A stretch of DNA of 50,022 nt, taken from a virus. Its lineage: Duplodnaviria; Caudoviricetes. The DNA is taken from positions 1-50,022 of IMG/VR virus record IMGVR_UViG_3300037119_006434, one strand, 5' to 3'. The notes beneath the pieces were generated by a model that saw only the letters and a list, made by a program, of their open reading frames with translations, searched no databases and had not been told where the DNA came from. The translations under genes and the position numbers were made by a program. The stretch's first letter is position 1, and each line of letters opens with the position of its first letter. This document shows, in pieces, positions 1 through 7,161 of the stretch.

Positions 1-126
1 GGAGAGGAGGCGCTGGGTGATGAACTCCTCGTGGGCGACGATCACGGAGGTGGTCCCCGGGGTGCAGATGGTATCGGCGAAGAACAGGGCGATGACGATT
101 GTGGAGAAGCCGACCTGGCTGGGCTT
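1..126 (+). repeat. Terminal direct repeat (assembly overlap), copy 1
   Basis: Bases 1-126 are identical to 49894-50019; the repeat lies inside the terminase ORF, indicating a circular contig. Confidence 0.95.
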
Positions 127-306
127 GAGGAAGACGTGGCGGCCGCCGGGTTGGACCAGGTTATCTAGCACGTCGCTTTGGATGACGCCGGGGACAAAGC
201 GTCCAATGCGGCGTTCTTTGTTCTCGACCTCGAGGAGGTTCTCGATGAAGGCCCGGCGGTCGGTGAGGAGGTGATGGACTACTCGTCCGACGTCAACGGA
301 GGTCAT
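1..306 (-). CDS. terL: Large terminase subunit, N-terminal part (continues at the far end of the window)
   Basis: Hand translation from ATG at 306: MTSVDVGRVVHHLLTDRRAFIENLLEVENKERRIGRFVPGVIQSDVLDNLVQPGGRHVFLKPSQVGFSTIVIALFFADTICTPGTTSVIVAHEEF..., in frame with ORF 48619-49938. LKPSQVGFST is a terminase-type Walker A variant; ATGA overlap with the upstream ORF. Confidence 0.9.
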   Translation of the reverse strand, partial: MTSVDVGRVVHHLLTDRRAFIENLLEVENKERRIGRFVPGVIQSDVLDNLVQPGGRHVFLKPSQVGFSTIVIALFFADTICTPGTTSVIVAHEEFITQRLLS

Positions 307-449
307 CGGCGCCGGGTGCTGGTGGATTTGTGGGTGCCGTGGATGGTACCCTTGTTCTGGCTGGCGTAAAACACCCGGGTCCCCTTTTTGGTACCATATT
401 GCCGGGTCATCGCGGCCTTGATCTTCTTACCCTTGGGGGTTAGGGGCAT
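303..449 (-). CDS. Small basic protein (48 aa, MPLTPKGKKIKAAM...)
   Basis: GGAGGT Shine-Dalgarno before ATG at 449; stop overlaps the terminase start; K/R-rich. Confidence 0.75.
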   Translation of the reverse strand: MPLTPKGKKIKAAMTRQYGTKKGTRVFYASQNKGTIHGTHKSTSTRRR

Positions 450-649
450 GTGGACCTCCGGGGATGACGACCGGCCTGGGCGGCCGGCGATAAAGGTAGA
501 CCTCCGGCGCCAGATTAAGTCGTCAACCCCCCGGCCGCAAAGGAGTTCTCCTGCCCTCGGCAGTCCTCCGGCGCCCGATGGCGGCAAAGTCCTCGGGGGT
601 TGATGACTTAACATGGATTGACGACCTCACGTGCCTACCGGCGCAAAGG

Positions 650-835
650 TTATCGGCGCATTGCGGTGCGTTTGTAAGGGTTGTGGCTACCGACTCGGGA
701 AACCTGGGCTCGTTTGATGTTTTGGCGGGAGGCCGCGGACTTAGCGCCGGCGTGTTTGGTGGTGTTGGACTTGGGGGCGTAGGAGGAGTAGGTACCCTTG
801 CGGGTCTTGGACCCCGGGGATCTAGTTCCCGCCAC
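650..835 (-). CDS. Small basic hypothetical protein
   Basis: 61-aa K/R/S-rich ORF overlapping the end of the upstream gene in the late operon. Confidence 0.55.
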   Translation of the reverse strand: MAGTRSPGSKTRKGTYSSYAPKSNTTKHAGAKSAASRQNIKRAQVSRVGSHNPYKRTAMRR

Positions 836-1130
836 GGATAGCCCTGGGGGGATTACGCTGGCGCATGTAGAGGTCTCTCCAGTAATCGCGGTCTTTGGCC
901 ACGGACTCTATCTCGCCGTCGAAGACTATCCGCTGTTCTTCTAGTTCTTTGAGGAGGCTGGAGATGTGGGTGTTCTTGGCGGCGAGGAGGTAGTTGAATA
1001 GGAGGCCGATGGCCCCGGCGAGGGAACCAATGGCCCCGATGACGATGCCTCCGTCGAGGGTGACGCTGGGCTGCAAGTTGGTGACTTTCTGGGACGGGTT
1101 TCTGGGGGGCGGGTAAGGGGGAGTCACCAC
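822..1130 (-). CDS. Holin-like membrane protein
   Basis: One hydrophobic segment (GGIVIGAIGSLAGAIGLLFNYLLA) followed by a charged coiled coil; directly downstream of the endolysin. Confidence 0.55.
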   Translation of the reverse strand: MVTPPYPPPRNPSQKVTNLQPSVTLDGGIVIGAIGSLAGAIGLLFNYLLAAKNTHISSLLKELEEQRIVFDGEIESVAKDRDYWRDLYMRQRNPPRAIRGGN

Positions 1131-1172
1131 ATGCGGGTTAAGGGGGGCAGCGGGCTCCTTTGTGGTGGGGGG

Positions 1173-2600
1173 TTAGACTTGGTCCTTGAGAGCGGTGTTA
1201 ACCCACTCCTTGATGGTGTTACCCTCGCTGCGGCAATATTCGCCGCGGTGAGGCTGGCCGGCGGCGGTGTATTGGTCGCCGAGTTTCATGAGTTGGTCGC
1301 CGAGGGCCCAGACCTGGGCTTCCAGTGCGGGTAGGCTTGGGGCTGGTGGCAAAGGCTGACCTCCGCGGCAAAGTTGAAGGAACTTGTCCCAGTTAAAGAC
1401 CGGGCCGGGGTCTGATTTGTGGTCGAGGCGGCCGGACTCGGTGTCCTCATGGCCGACAAGGCCCGGCTCGGTTTGGGTCATTCTCCGAACTAATGGGAAC
1501 TTGTACTTCTCAGACCATTTCCTACAGGCTTCGGCCGCGGCTTGGTATTGGAAATCGCTGATGGGGCTGGTGATGGTGGGTTGGGCTATTTCAATCCCCA
1601 GGTGGGTGTCGTTGGCGGTCCGGGCATGGTAAGCGATGTCGTCGTCGTGGACGCTCCGGCAGGCTTCGTCCGGGCCGATGGTGAGGTGGGCGGAGACCTG
1701 GGCATCGGGGTTCTGGAACCAGTTGATGGTGGCGATGTATTCTCGTTGGAGGGTGGAGGCGTCGCCGCGGGTGGTATGGACTACTACACCTATGGTCCGG
1801 GGGCGCGGGCCTCGGCGGTAGTTGTCGGTGTGGGCTAGGGCGGTGCGGGTAGGTACGGTTAGGATGATGTCGGGCATGGTTGGTACCTCCGGGGACTCCC
1901 ATTCGCGGATAATGGCCTCGATTTGGGTGCCGGCGGCATCGAGGGAGGAGCCAAGGGGCATGTCGGGGTGAGGCCACCGCCAGGCGAAATAGGTAGTGAG
2001 GCGGATTCTTGGTAGCCGAGAACACCAGTCGAGGAAGGGTTTGAGGTGGTCCCGGGCCCAGGCATCCTTGTCTACGGTTCTGCCGCCGGCGAAGTTGACC
2101 TCGGTGATGTAGAGGTCGCCGTCGGTGTGTTGGAGATACCAGTTGACTATTTGCTGGAGTTCGGGGAGGTTGCCGTAGCAGTGGACGGCGTGGTTGCCGG
2201 CGGGGCGGACCCAGCGTTGCCAGTCGGGGAGGCCGGGGCTGGGGGGCATGGAGAGGAGTTGGCCGGGGTCCTTGGCCGCGGCGCGGACGGCATCCTCGAA
2301 GGCAAACCAGGCTGAGGATCCGCCGGCCCAGTTTTCCAGGGGGAGGTTCTGCTCATTCCCTAGTTGGCAAAGGCCGCCTTGGGATGTGGCTCTATTTGCT
2401 CTCTCCACTAGCCACTCGACGGTAGGGTTGCCGGTGAAGTAGGGTCGATCTACCCAGGCCCCGCCGACGGCGGCAGTGGTAACGCCGAGTTGGAAGCCGC
2501 CGTGGTCCCAGGCATCGTCTTTGGAGACGGTGGCGGTGGCCGGGGGACCTAGGGCGGCTTGATCATGGTCGCTGAGGATTACAAAGCCTTGGGAGAGCAT
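1173..2600 (-). CDS. Endolysin: GH-A-clan-like glycoside hydrolase domain fused to an amidase_2-type N-acetylmuramoyl-L-alanine amidase
   Basis: C-terminal half has VVVHTT, SAHLTI, AYHA, GIEIA, VGHED and KSDPG zinc-amidase motifs; N-terminal half has GNEQN, VHCYG and YITEVN, typical of clan GH-A barrels. Confidence 0.85.
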   Translation of the reverse strand: MLSQGFVILSDHDQAALGPPATATVSKDDAWDHGGFQLGVTTAAVGGAWVDRPYFTGNPTVEWLVERANRATSQGGLCQLGNEQNLPLENWAGGSSAWFAFEDAVRAAAKDPGQLLSMPPSPGLPDWQRWVRPAGNHAVHCYGNLPELQQIVNWYLQHTDGDLYITEVNFAGGRTVDKDAWARDHLKPFLDWCSRLPRIRLTTYFAWRWPHPDMPLGSSLDAAGTQIEAIIREWESPEVPTMPDIILTVPTRTALAHTDNYRRGPRPRTIGVVVHTTRGDASTLQREYIATINWFQNPDAQVSAHLTIGPDEACRSVHDDDIAYHARTANDTHLGIEIAQPTITSPISDFQYQAAAEACRKWSEKYKFPLVRRMTQTEPGLVGHEDTESGRLDHKSDPGPVFNWDKFLQLCRGGQPLPPAPSLPALEAQVWALGDQLMKLGDQYTAAGQPHRGEYCRSEGNTIKEWVNTALKDQV

Positions 2601-3199
2601 CAGGGGTTCTCGCTGAGGAGTTCGGCGTGGCGGATGATTTTTGGGGGCCTGGGGGTTGGCTCCTCGGGCTCGGTGGTGCCACGGGCGAGGTTCATGACCA
2701 CTTGGGTGAAGTTGAACTGGGGGCCGAGGCCGGAGTTCGGGGCACCCCCGGCTAAGGCTCCCCGGACTACTTCCATCTGCTGAGGGGTGTAGTATTGGCG
2801 GATCCTCGAGAGATAGGACTTGTCTTCTTGGGTTAGGGTGGTTGGGGCTAGGGCCTGCTTGAGGAGGACCTTGGAGTCCTGCATCATGACCAGGCGGAAG
2901 TTTCTGAGGAACTCCGCGTAGGCGAAGTTGGCCCCGAACCTCTGGCGGATGAGCTGGATATCCTTCTCGTATTTCTCGACCTCGGGGAACTGCTGGCGCC
3001 AGAGGAGGACGGTGCCGGGGCGGACCTGGACCATATGGGCGGCCTCGCGGACGGTGAAGCCCGAGGCGCGGAAGGCTAGGTACCGGGTCTTGGGATCATC
3101 CTCACCAAACTGGGGGACGATGGACTCGGCGATGGAGAGGGGGTCGTCGGGAGAGATTTCGGGGGTGGAGTCGACCTCTTCTTCCAATATCTCTGTCAT
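2600..3199 (-). CDS. Candidate small terminase subunit (HTH protein)
   Basis: HTH-like segment GFTVREAAHMVQVRPGTVLLWR; first gene of the late operon, upstream of terL. Confidence 0.55.
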   Translation of the reverse strand: MTEILEEEVDSTPEISPDDPLSIAESIVPQFGEDDPKTRYLAFRASGFTVREAAHMVQVRPGTVLLWRQQFPEVEKYEKDIQLIRQRFGANFAYAEFLRNFRLVMMQDSKVLLKQALAPTTLTQEDKSYLSRIRQYYTPQQMEVVRGALAGGAPNSGLGPQFNFTQVVMNLARGTTEPEEPTPRPPKIIRHAELLSENP

Positions 3200-3205
3200 A
3201 AGTAT

Positions 3206-3266
3206 AGCCTACAGTATTGGTGAGACCATGTCAAGCTTGACACGGAGGGCTCTCATAGAGTACACT
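3206..3266. promoter_or_regulatory. Back-to-back divergent sigma70-type promoters
   Basis: Palindrome TGTCAAGCTTGACA (3229-3242) gives a TTGACA on each strand; minus strand TTGACA-N17-TAGGCT, plus strand TTGACA-N18-TACACT. Confidence 0.75.
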
Positions 3267-3295
3267 GATTGTATAAGCGTAGATGAGGTGAAGGT

Positions 3296-3709
3296 GTGCT
3301 GACTTGGGTGCAGAAGGCTCGGCCGGGGGATCGGTGTGATCATGAGGGGTGTGTGGACCCGGGGAGGATGGAGGGGTCGGTGGTGAGGGTGAAGACCCGG
3401 GCCGGGCCGGTGAGCTTTCATCCTGGGTGTTGGCTGGAGCTAGCGGAGGGAGCGGCGGACTCGGTGGGGACTCCCGGGCGGCGGGCCTTGGGGTTGGAGC
3501 CGGAGGATGCGGCCACCCGGCGGAGTTTGCTGTGCAGGTATGCGGCGGTGAAGCAGAGGATTAAGGTGTATGAGGGGAGGCTGGCGACGGACCCGGCCTC
3601 ACCAACCTTACCGTTGATGATTTTGCGGGCTCGGTTGAAGATGGAGGAGTATAAGGTGAGGATTGATGGGGTGGGGGGTGTGCCGAGGAGATGGGAGGTC
3701 GCGGGGTAA
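3296..3709 (+). CDS. Hypothetical protein with Cys/His cluster
   Basis: GAGGTG SD; CDHEGC...HPGC motif; follows the rightward promoter. Confidence 0.7.
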   Translation: MLTWVQKARPGDRCDHEGCVDPGRMEGSVVRVKTRAGPVSFHPGCWLELAEGAADSVGTPGRRALGLEPEDAATRRSLLCRYAAVKQRIKVYEGRLATDPASPTLPLMILRARLKMEEYKVRIDGVGGVPRRWEVAG

Positions 3710-3879
3710 TGCCTAGTTGGTTGCCAGAGGATCGGCCGGCCACGGCTGAAGACCATCTTAAGGAGCTGGCCTCAACCTTGTACTTGTTCTTGGAGTATGA
3801 CACGGAGGCCCGGCGGGGATGGCTCCTGAGGGCTCTGAGGGAAGCTGAGGAGTTCTTGGGATGGGAGGTCGCGGGGTGA
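3709..3879 (+). CDS. Hypothetical protein (MPSWLPEDR...)
   Basis: GGAGGT SD; TAATG stop/start overlap with the upstream gene. Confidence 0.65.
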   Translation: MPSWLPEDRPATAEDHLKELASTLYLFLEYDTEARRGWLLRALREAEEFLGWEVAG

Positions 3880-4019
3880 ACATCCGCCGGGAAGATCACC
3901 TACATTGTTCCCCGGACAAATCTCGCGTGGGGGCGTTGGAAAGCCGAGTTAGACAGCAAACCAGCCTAGCCCCCTTGCGCTCGGCCGCCTGGCTGCTTAA
4001 CCGCGCCGCTCGGCCGGGA

Positions 4020-4163
4020 TGAGTGAGCGGTCATTCAAGGTTGAGGCATCGGGGGATTGAGTGAGCGGTCATTCAGGAGCCGGCGGCTGAGTGGATGCTC
4101 ATTCACCAACGACTGAGTGAGTGCTCATTCGCCGTGTTGAGGCGGTGAGTGAGCGTTCATTCA
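4020..4163. repeat. Array of five 18-bp imperfect palindromes, consensus TGAGTGAGYGNTCATTCA
   Basis: Copies at 4020-4037, 4058-4075, 4088-4105, 4114-4131 and 4146-4163; spacers 20, 12, 8 and 14 bp. Confidence 0.9.
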
Positions 4164-4415
4164 CTCCTGCCCGGCCGCCCGCGCGCGGGGGATCGTGGGC
4201 GCGGGTACCACAATCGGGGGCACTGTACTAATGGACAGGCCCGGCCTGTACTAAAGAAGGACCCTCAAGACTGTACGAAAGCATGGCGACAGGGGGCGCT
4301 CGGTCGGCGAGTATGTCGGCGTCGAACGCGTCGGGGCCGCCAGCGCTGGCAAGAGCGCTCAGGACACGACGCGGGGGACAGCGTTAACAAATGCGCTTGC
4401 CGCGCCATAGGTGAC

Positions 4416-4882
4416 CACTGCCCGGGCTTATGCTCCTGACTGAGCACCCGCTCAGAGAGAGAGCTATGGCTAGGAAGCACCCGCCCGAGATTTTCTCCGG
4501 GCATCGGTACTGCCGAATCTGTAAGACCGTGATGTCCGGCCGCGAGGGTGGCATGGGTAAGGGGCCGTTTAACGTCCCAGTGCTGTGCTGCCCGGACTGT
4601 CTCAGCGGCTTCCGCCCGGAAGAAACCGTGGTGGTTAGGCCAAGATCCGGCCGGAATCACTCCGAGACCCATAAGATGTCTCATCGGCCGCTGGACCCCG
4701 CCGCCTTGGCGGTTGGCATCCGGGGCAAGAGGTTCGACCCCCGGCCACAGTTGACGGCCGCGACAGCGGTTCGCATCAGCCGCGAGACACAGACTATGTC
4801 CGCGCTACTACCCAACTATCGGCCGCCGAGTAGGTTTCGCGTCGCGTAGGCCCGCCGGTCGGGAGCATAATCCTGGGCAGTG
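4416..4882. repeat. 27-bp inverted repeat enclosing ORF 4466-4849
   Basis: 4416-4442 CACTGCCCGGGCTTATGCTCCTGACTG against 4856-4882 CGGTCGGGAGCATAATCCTGGGCAGTG; 23/27 Watson-Crick pairs plus 3 G-U pairs. Confidence 0.85.
4466..4849 (+). CDS. Zinc-finger hypothetical protein (likely first early gene)
   Basis: CRIC...CPDC; purine-rich AGAGAGAGAG before the ATG. Confidence 0.65.
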   Translation: MARKHPPEIFSGHRYCRICKTVMSGREGGMGKGPFNVPVLCCPDCLSGFRPEETVVVRPRSGRNHSETHKMSHRPLDPAALAVGIRGKRFDPRPQLTAATAVRISRETQTMSALLPNYRPPSRFRVA

Positions 4883-4945
4883 TGATCGAGTTGCGTTCGG
4901 GCCTCAGGGGTTGAGTCCTCTCACGCCTTAGAGTGGAGAGTGCTC

Positions 4946-5113
4946 GTGGTTTCTGACTGGCTCCTGGCCCAGCTACTGCTGTGGGGGAAGTCCCACAATG
5001 CCGAACCGCGACCGATGTACATCGGCAGGCTGATTGAGCGGCCGTCGGATAGGTGGCTGCTCTCCCAGCGGCGACCGGTGCAGGTCGTCATCCGCCGAGA
5101 GATTTCGGCGTGA
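4946..5113 (+). CDS. Hypothetical protein (55 aa)
   Basis: GGAGAG before GTG; GTGA overlap with the next gene (hand translation). Confidence 0.45.
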   Translation: MVSDWLLAQLLLWGKSHNAEPRPMYIGRLIERPSDRWLLSQRRPVQVVIRREISA

Positions 5114-5319
5114 CCTACGTTCGGCCCAATTTCCCGACCAAAAAGGCGCTCCGAGAGGCGATCGCCGACGGCAGGTCTCGGGTCGAGGTGTTCGAGCCGG
5201 GCCTTGGGACCGTGCCGTTTGACGGCGTGGTGTTTCTTGAGGGACCGTGGGCTCCGAAGGCCCATAGCTGGTATGCCCAGGGCCGGGTGGTCCGGGGCCG
5301 ACTGGTGAGCGTTAAGTAG
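5110..5319 (+). CDS. Hypothetical protein (MTYVRPNFPTKKALREA...)
   Basis: Protein-like composition; coupled start. Confidence 0.75.
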   Translation: MTYVRPNFPTKKALREAIADGRSRVEVFEPGLGTVPFDGVVFLEGPWAPKAHSWYAQGRVVRGRLVSVK

Positions 5320-5394
5320 TTTCCGCCGGGCTCAACCGCTGAGCCCCGGACGCAACCGCGTGCCGGGCATTTTGCTTAGGAGCAATGCCCTACC

Positions 5395-6105
5395 ATGAGC
5401 GAGCAGACTAATCCACAGACAGACCCGGCCCAGCCGCCGGCCGAGGGTGAGTCCTCGGTTGCCGCACCGCCGGACACCACGGCCACGGTGCCAGAGGTCC
5501 CGGCGGTTCCTGAGCCCAGCTTGCTGGAGAAGATCCAGGCCGAGTTGGCGAAGGGGACGGGCCTGGACCAGCTGGCGACCCTCCAGGCTCTGCTGACCAC
5601 CGAGTTGAATCAGCGCCGGGCGGAGGAGCGGGAGAAGGCCGAGACCGCGCGACGGGCCAAGAGGGCGGAGCTTGTCGGTCAGATCACTTCGGTGGTGGAC
5701 CTCGGCAGCCTGCTGAGTCCGTTCCTGGCCGCGGCCAAGGAGTGTGGTCTCCTGGGCCTGGATATCAGCTTCAGCGGCGACACGCTCGGGATCACCCCAC
5801 GGGCTCAGGCCCTGGCGGTGCCAAAGGCTGCCGCGGCTTCGGCCGATGGGAAGCCCAAGGCGGAGGCGGCCGGGGTGAAGGCTCCCGCCGGACAGTCCGC
5901 GCAGCCGGGCGACGAGCAGACTTGGATGTCGGTGACATCCGAGGCTGACCGCGACGCTGACAAGGCGGCGATTGAGGCGGAGGTGGTGGCGGCGGAGGCT
6001 CGGGGCCGGACCGGCCCATCCGTTCGCAACTCGATCACATGGCGGGTCAGGCATGATCGGATTCAGTATGCCCGGACGGGCAGCCGGGTCGGTCACCTGA
6101 AGTAG
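5395..6105 (+). CDS. Hypothetical Ala/Glu-rich protein
   Basis: 236-aa ORF; AGGAG SD located within a hairpin. Confidence 0.75.
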   Translation: MSEQTNPQTDPAQPPAEGESSVAAPPDTTATVPEVPAVPEPSLLEKIQAELAKGTGLDQLATLQALLTTELNQRRAEEREKAETARRAKRAELVGQITSVVDLGSLLSPFLAAAKECGLLGLDISFSGDTLGITPRAQALAVPKAAAASADGKPKAEAAGVKAPAGQSAQPGDEQTWMSVTSEADRDADKAAIEAEVVAAEARGRTGPSVRNSITWRVRHDRIQYARTGSRVGHLK

Positions 6106-6215
6106 GCCCCAGGCCGGGTCTCTGGGTAATGCCAGGGGCCCGGTCACCTGAAGTAGTCCGAGTCGCCTCGTGACCGTGGCGGCTGAGTTTGGGTCCCCCC
6201 TGACTCAGCCTCCAG

Positions 6216-6232
6216 GGCCCGGGACTACCCGG
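6216..6232 (+). promoter_or_regulatory. Leader hairpin GGCCCGGGACTACCCGG, copy 1
   Basis: Recurs at 6468-6484 and 8689-8706, each time between a larger hairpin and a ribosome-binding site. Confidence 0.7.
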
Positions 6233-6241
6233 TAGAGAGGT

Positions 6242-6433
6242 GTGATGGACAGAGATCAGGTTCGTGGTATGGTCAAGGAGATGGTCCGGCTTGCCAGGGC
6301 GAAGGACTATGACTCCTACTCTACCCTTGAGCGAGCCCTGGATGAGCTCCTGTTCGAGGAGAAGTCTGACAATGCATGGGTCCGGGGATTTATCTCCGGG
6401 GCGCTGGTGATGACGGAGTCAGTGGTGTCGTGA
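6242..6433 (+). CDS. Hypothetical protein
   Basis: AGAGAGG SD; 63-aa ORF. Confidence 0.7.
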   Translation: MMDRDQVRGMVKEMVRLARAKDYDSYSTLERALDELLFEEKSDNAWVRGFISGALVMTESVVS

Positions 6434-6467
6434 CCTCAGGGTGTGAGTGTCCCCGCTCATAGCCTGA

Positions 6468-6484
6468 GGCCCGGGACTACCCGG
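6468..6484 (+). promoter_or_regulatory. Leader hairpin, copy 2
   Basis: Identical 17-mer to 6216-6232. Confidence 0.7.
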
Positions 6485-6499
6485 CTGTTGGAGAGTGAC

Positions 6500-6679
6500 A
6501 TGTCCGAGCAGATCAAGACCCTGACCCCGGTGGCCGCCCTGAAGGGGTACTTCGGGCTGAAGCCGGGACAGACCTCGGCGGAGTTCCTCGGCGAGCTGCG
6601 GGAGCTGTCGGCCAAGGACCGCGACTGGTTGGCGAACGAGGCGGCGCACAACCTGGGCGCCAAGATCAAGGAGGGGTAG
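6500..6679 (+). CDS. Hypothetical protein (MSEQIKTLTP...)
   Basis: GGAGAG SD; protein-like sequence. Confidence 0.75.
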   Translation: MSEQIKTLTPVAALKGYFGLKPGQTSAEFLGELRELSAKDRDWLANEAAHNLGAKIKEG

Positions 6680-6681
6680 GC

Positions 6682-6891
6682 ATGGCTGAGTTCCAGCCCG
6701 GCGATAGGGTGTGCATCCTCGGGCACACCCCGTACTTCAACACCAAATTCGGGGCCTGGGCGTTCTCGTATGAGGACCAGACCGCGGAATACGTCCAGCA
6801 GTGGTCGGCGAAGATGGGCCTGAGTTTGGTCCGCCGACCATCGGGCACCCTGCTGAAGGTGCCTGACCGGGCCCTGATCCCGGACCTTTAG
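6682..6891 (+). CDS. Hypothetical protein (SH3/KOW-like start FQPGDRV)
   Basis: AGGAGG SD; 69 aa. Confidence 0.7.
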   Translation: MAEFQPGDRVCILGHTPYFNTKFGAWAFSYEDQTAEYVQQWSAKMGLSLVRRPSGTLLKVPDRALIPDL

Positions 6892-6896
6892 TTCCC

Positions 6897-7091
6897 CTGC
6901 CCGTCCCGGCCTGGTAGTGGCTGATAACCGCTGCCAGGCTCCGGCCCGTTGAGCATCCGGGCCTAGCCTCAACCAGGTTCAGCACTAGGTGCAGGGGTCG
7001 CAACCCTGGCCGGGGTGCTGAGTCCAAGCCGAGCCGAAGGGTTAATAGCCCGTGGATGGTGTAGCCTAGGTTAAAGCTAGGACCCGGGCAC
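6897..7091 (+). ncRNA. Candidate structured RNA, copy A
   Basis: Intergenic; multiple stems; shares five ordered anchors with 14788-15058. Confidence 0.55.
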
Positions 7092-7120
7092 TTGACACGG
7101 TGGTGTCCGGCGGCTATACT
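7092..7120 (+). promoter_or_regulatory. sigma70-type promoter
   Basis: TTGACA-N17-TATACT. Confidence 0.85.
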
Positions 7121-7161
7121 ATAGTACAGGCCGAGTGGGCCAGAGAGAGGTGCCCGAGGAT

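Noticed and set aside
1-126. Terminal repeat as a biological direct terminal repeat
   Set aside because: It lies in the middle of terL and its length is typical of an assembler k-mer overlap.
3876-4022. 48-codon ORF after the second RBS repeat
   Set aside because: Sequence is not protein-like and runs into the palindrome array; probably a remnant.
4020-4163. Mini CRISPR array
   Set aside because: Repeats are only 18 bp and degenerate, spacers are 8-20 bp and uneven, and there is no cas operon.
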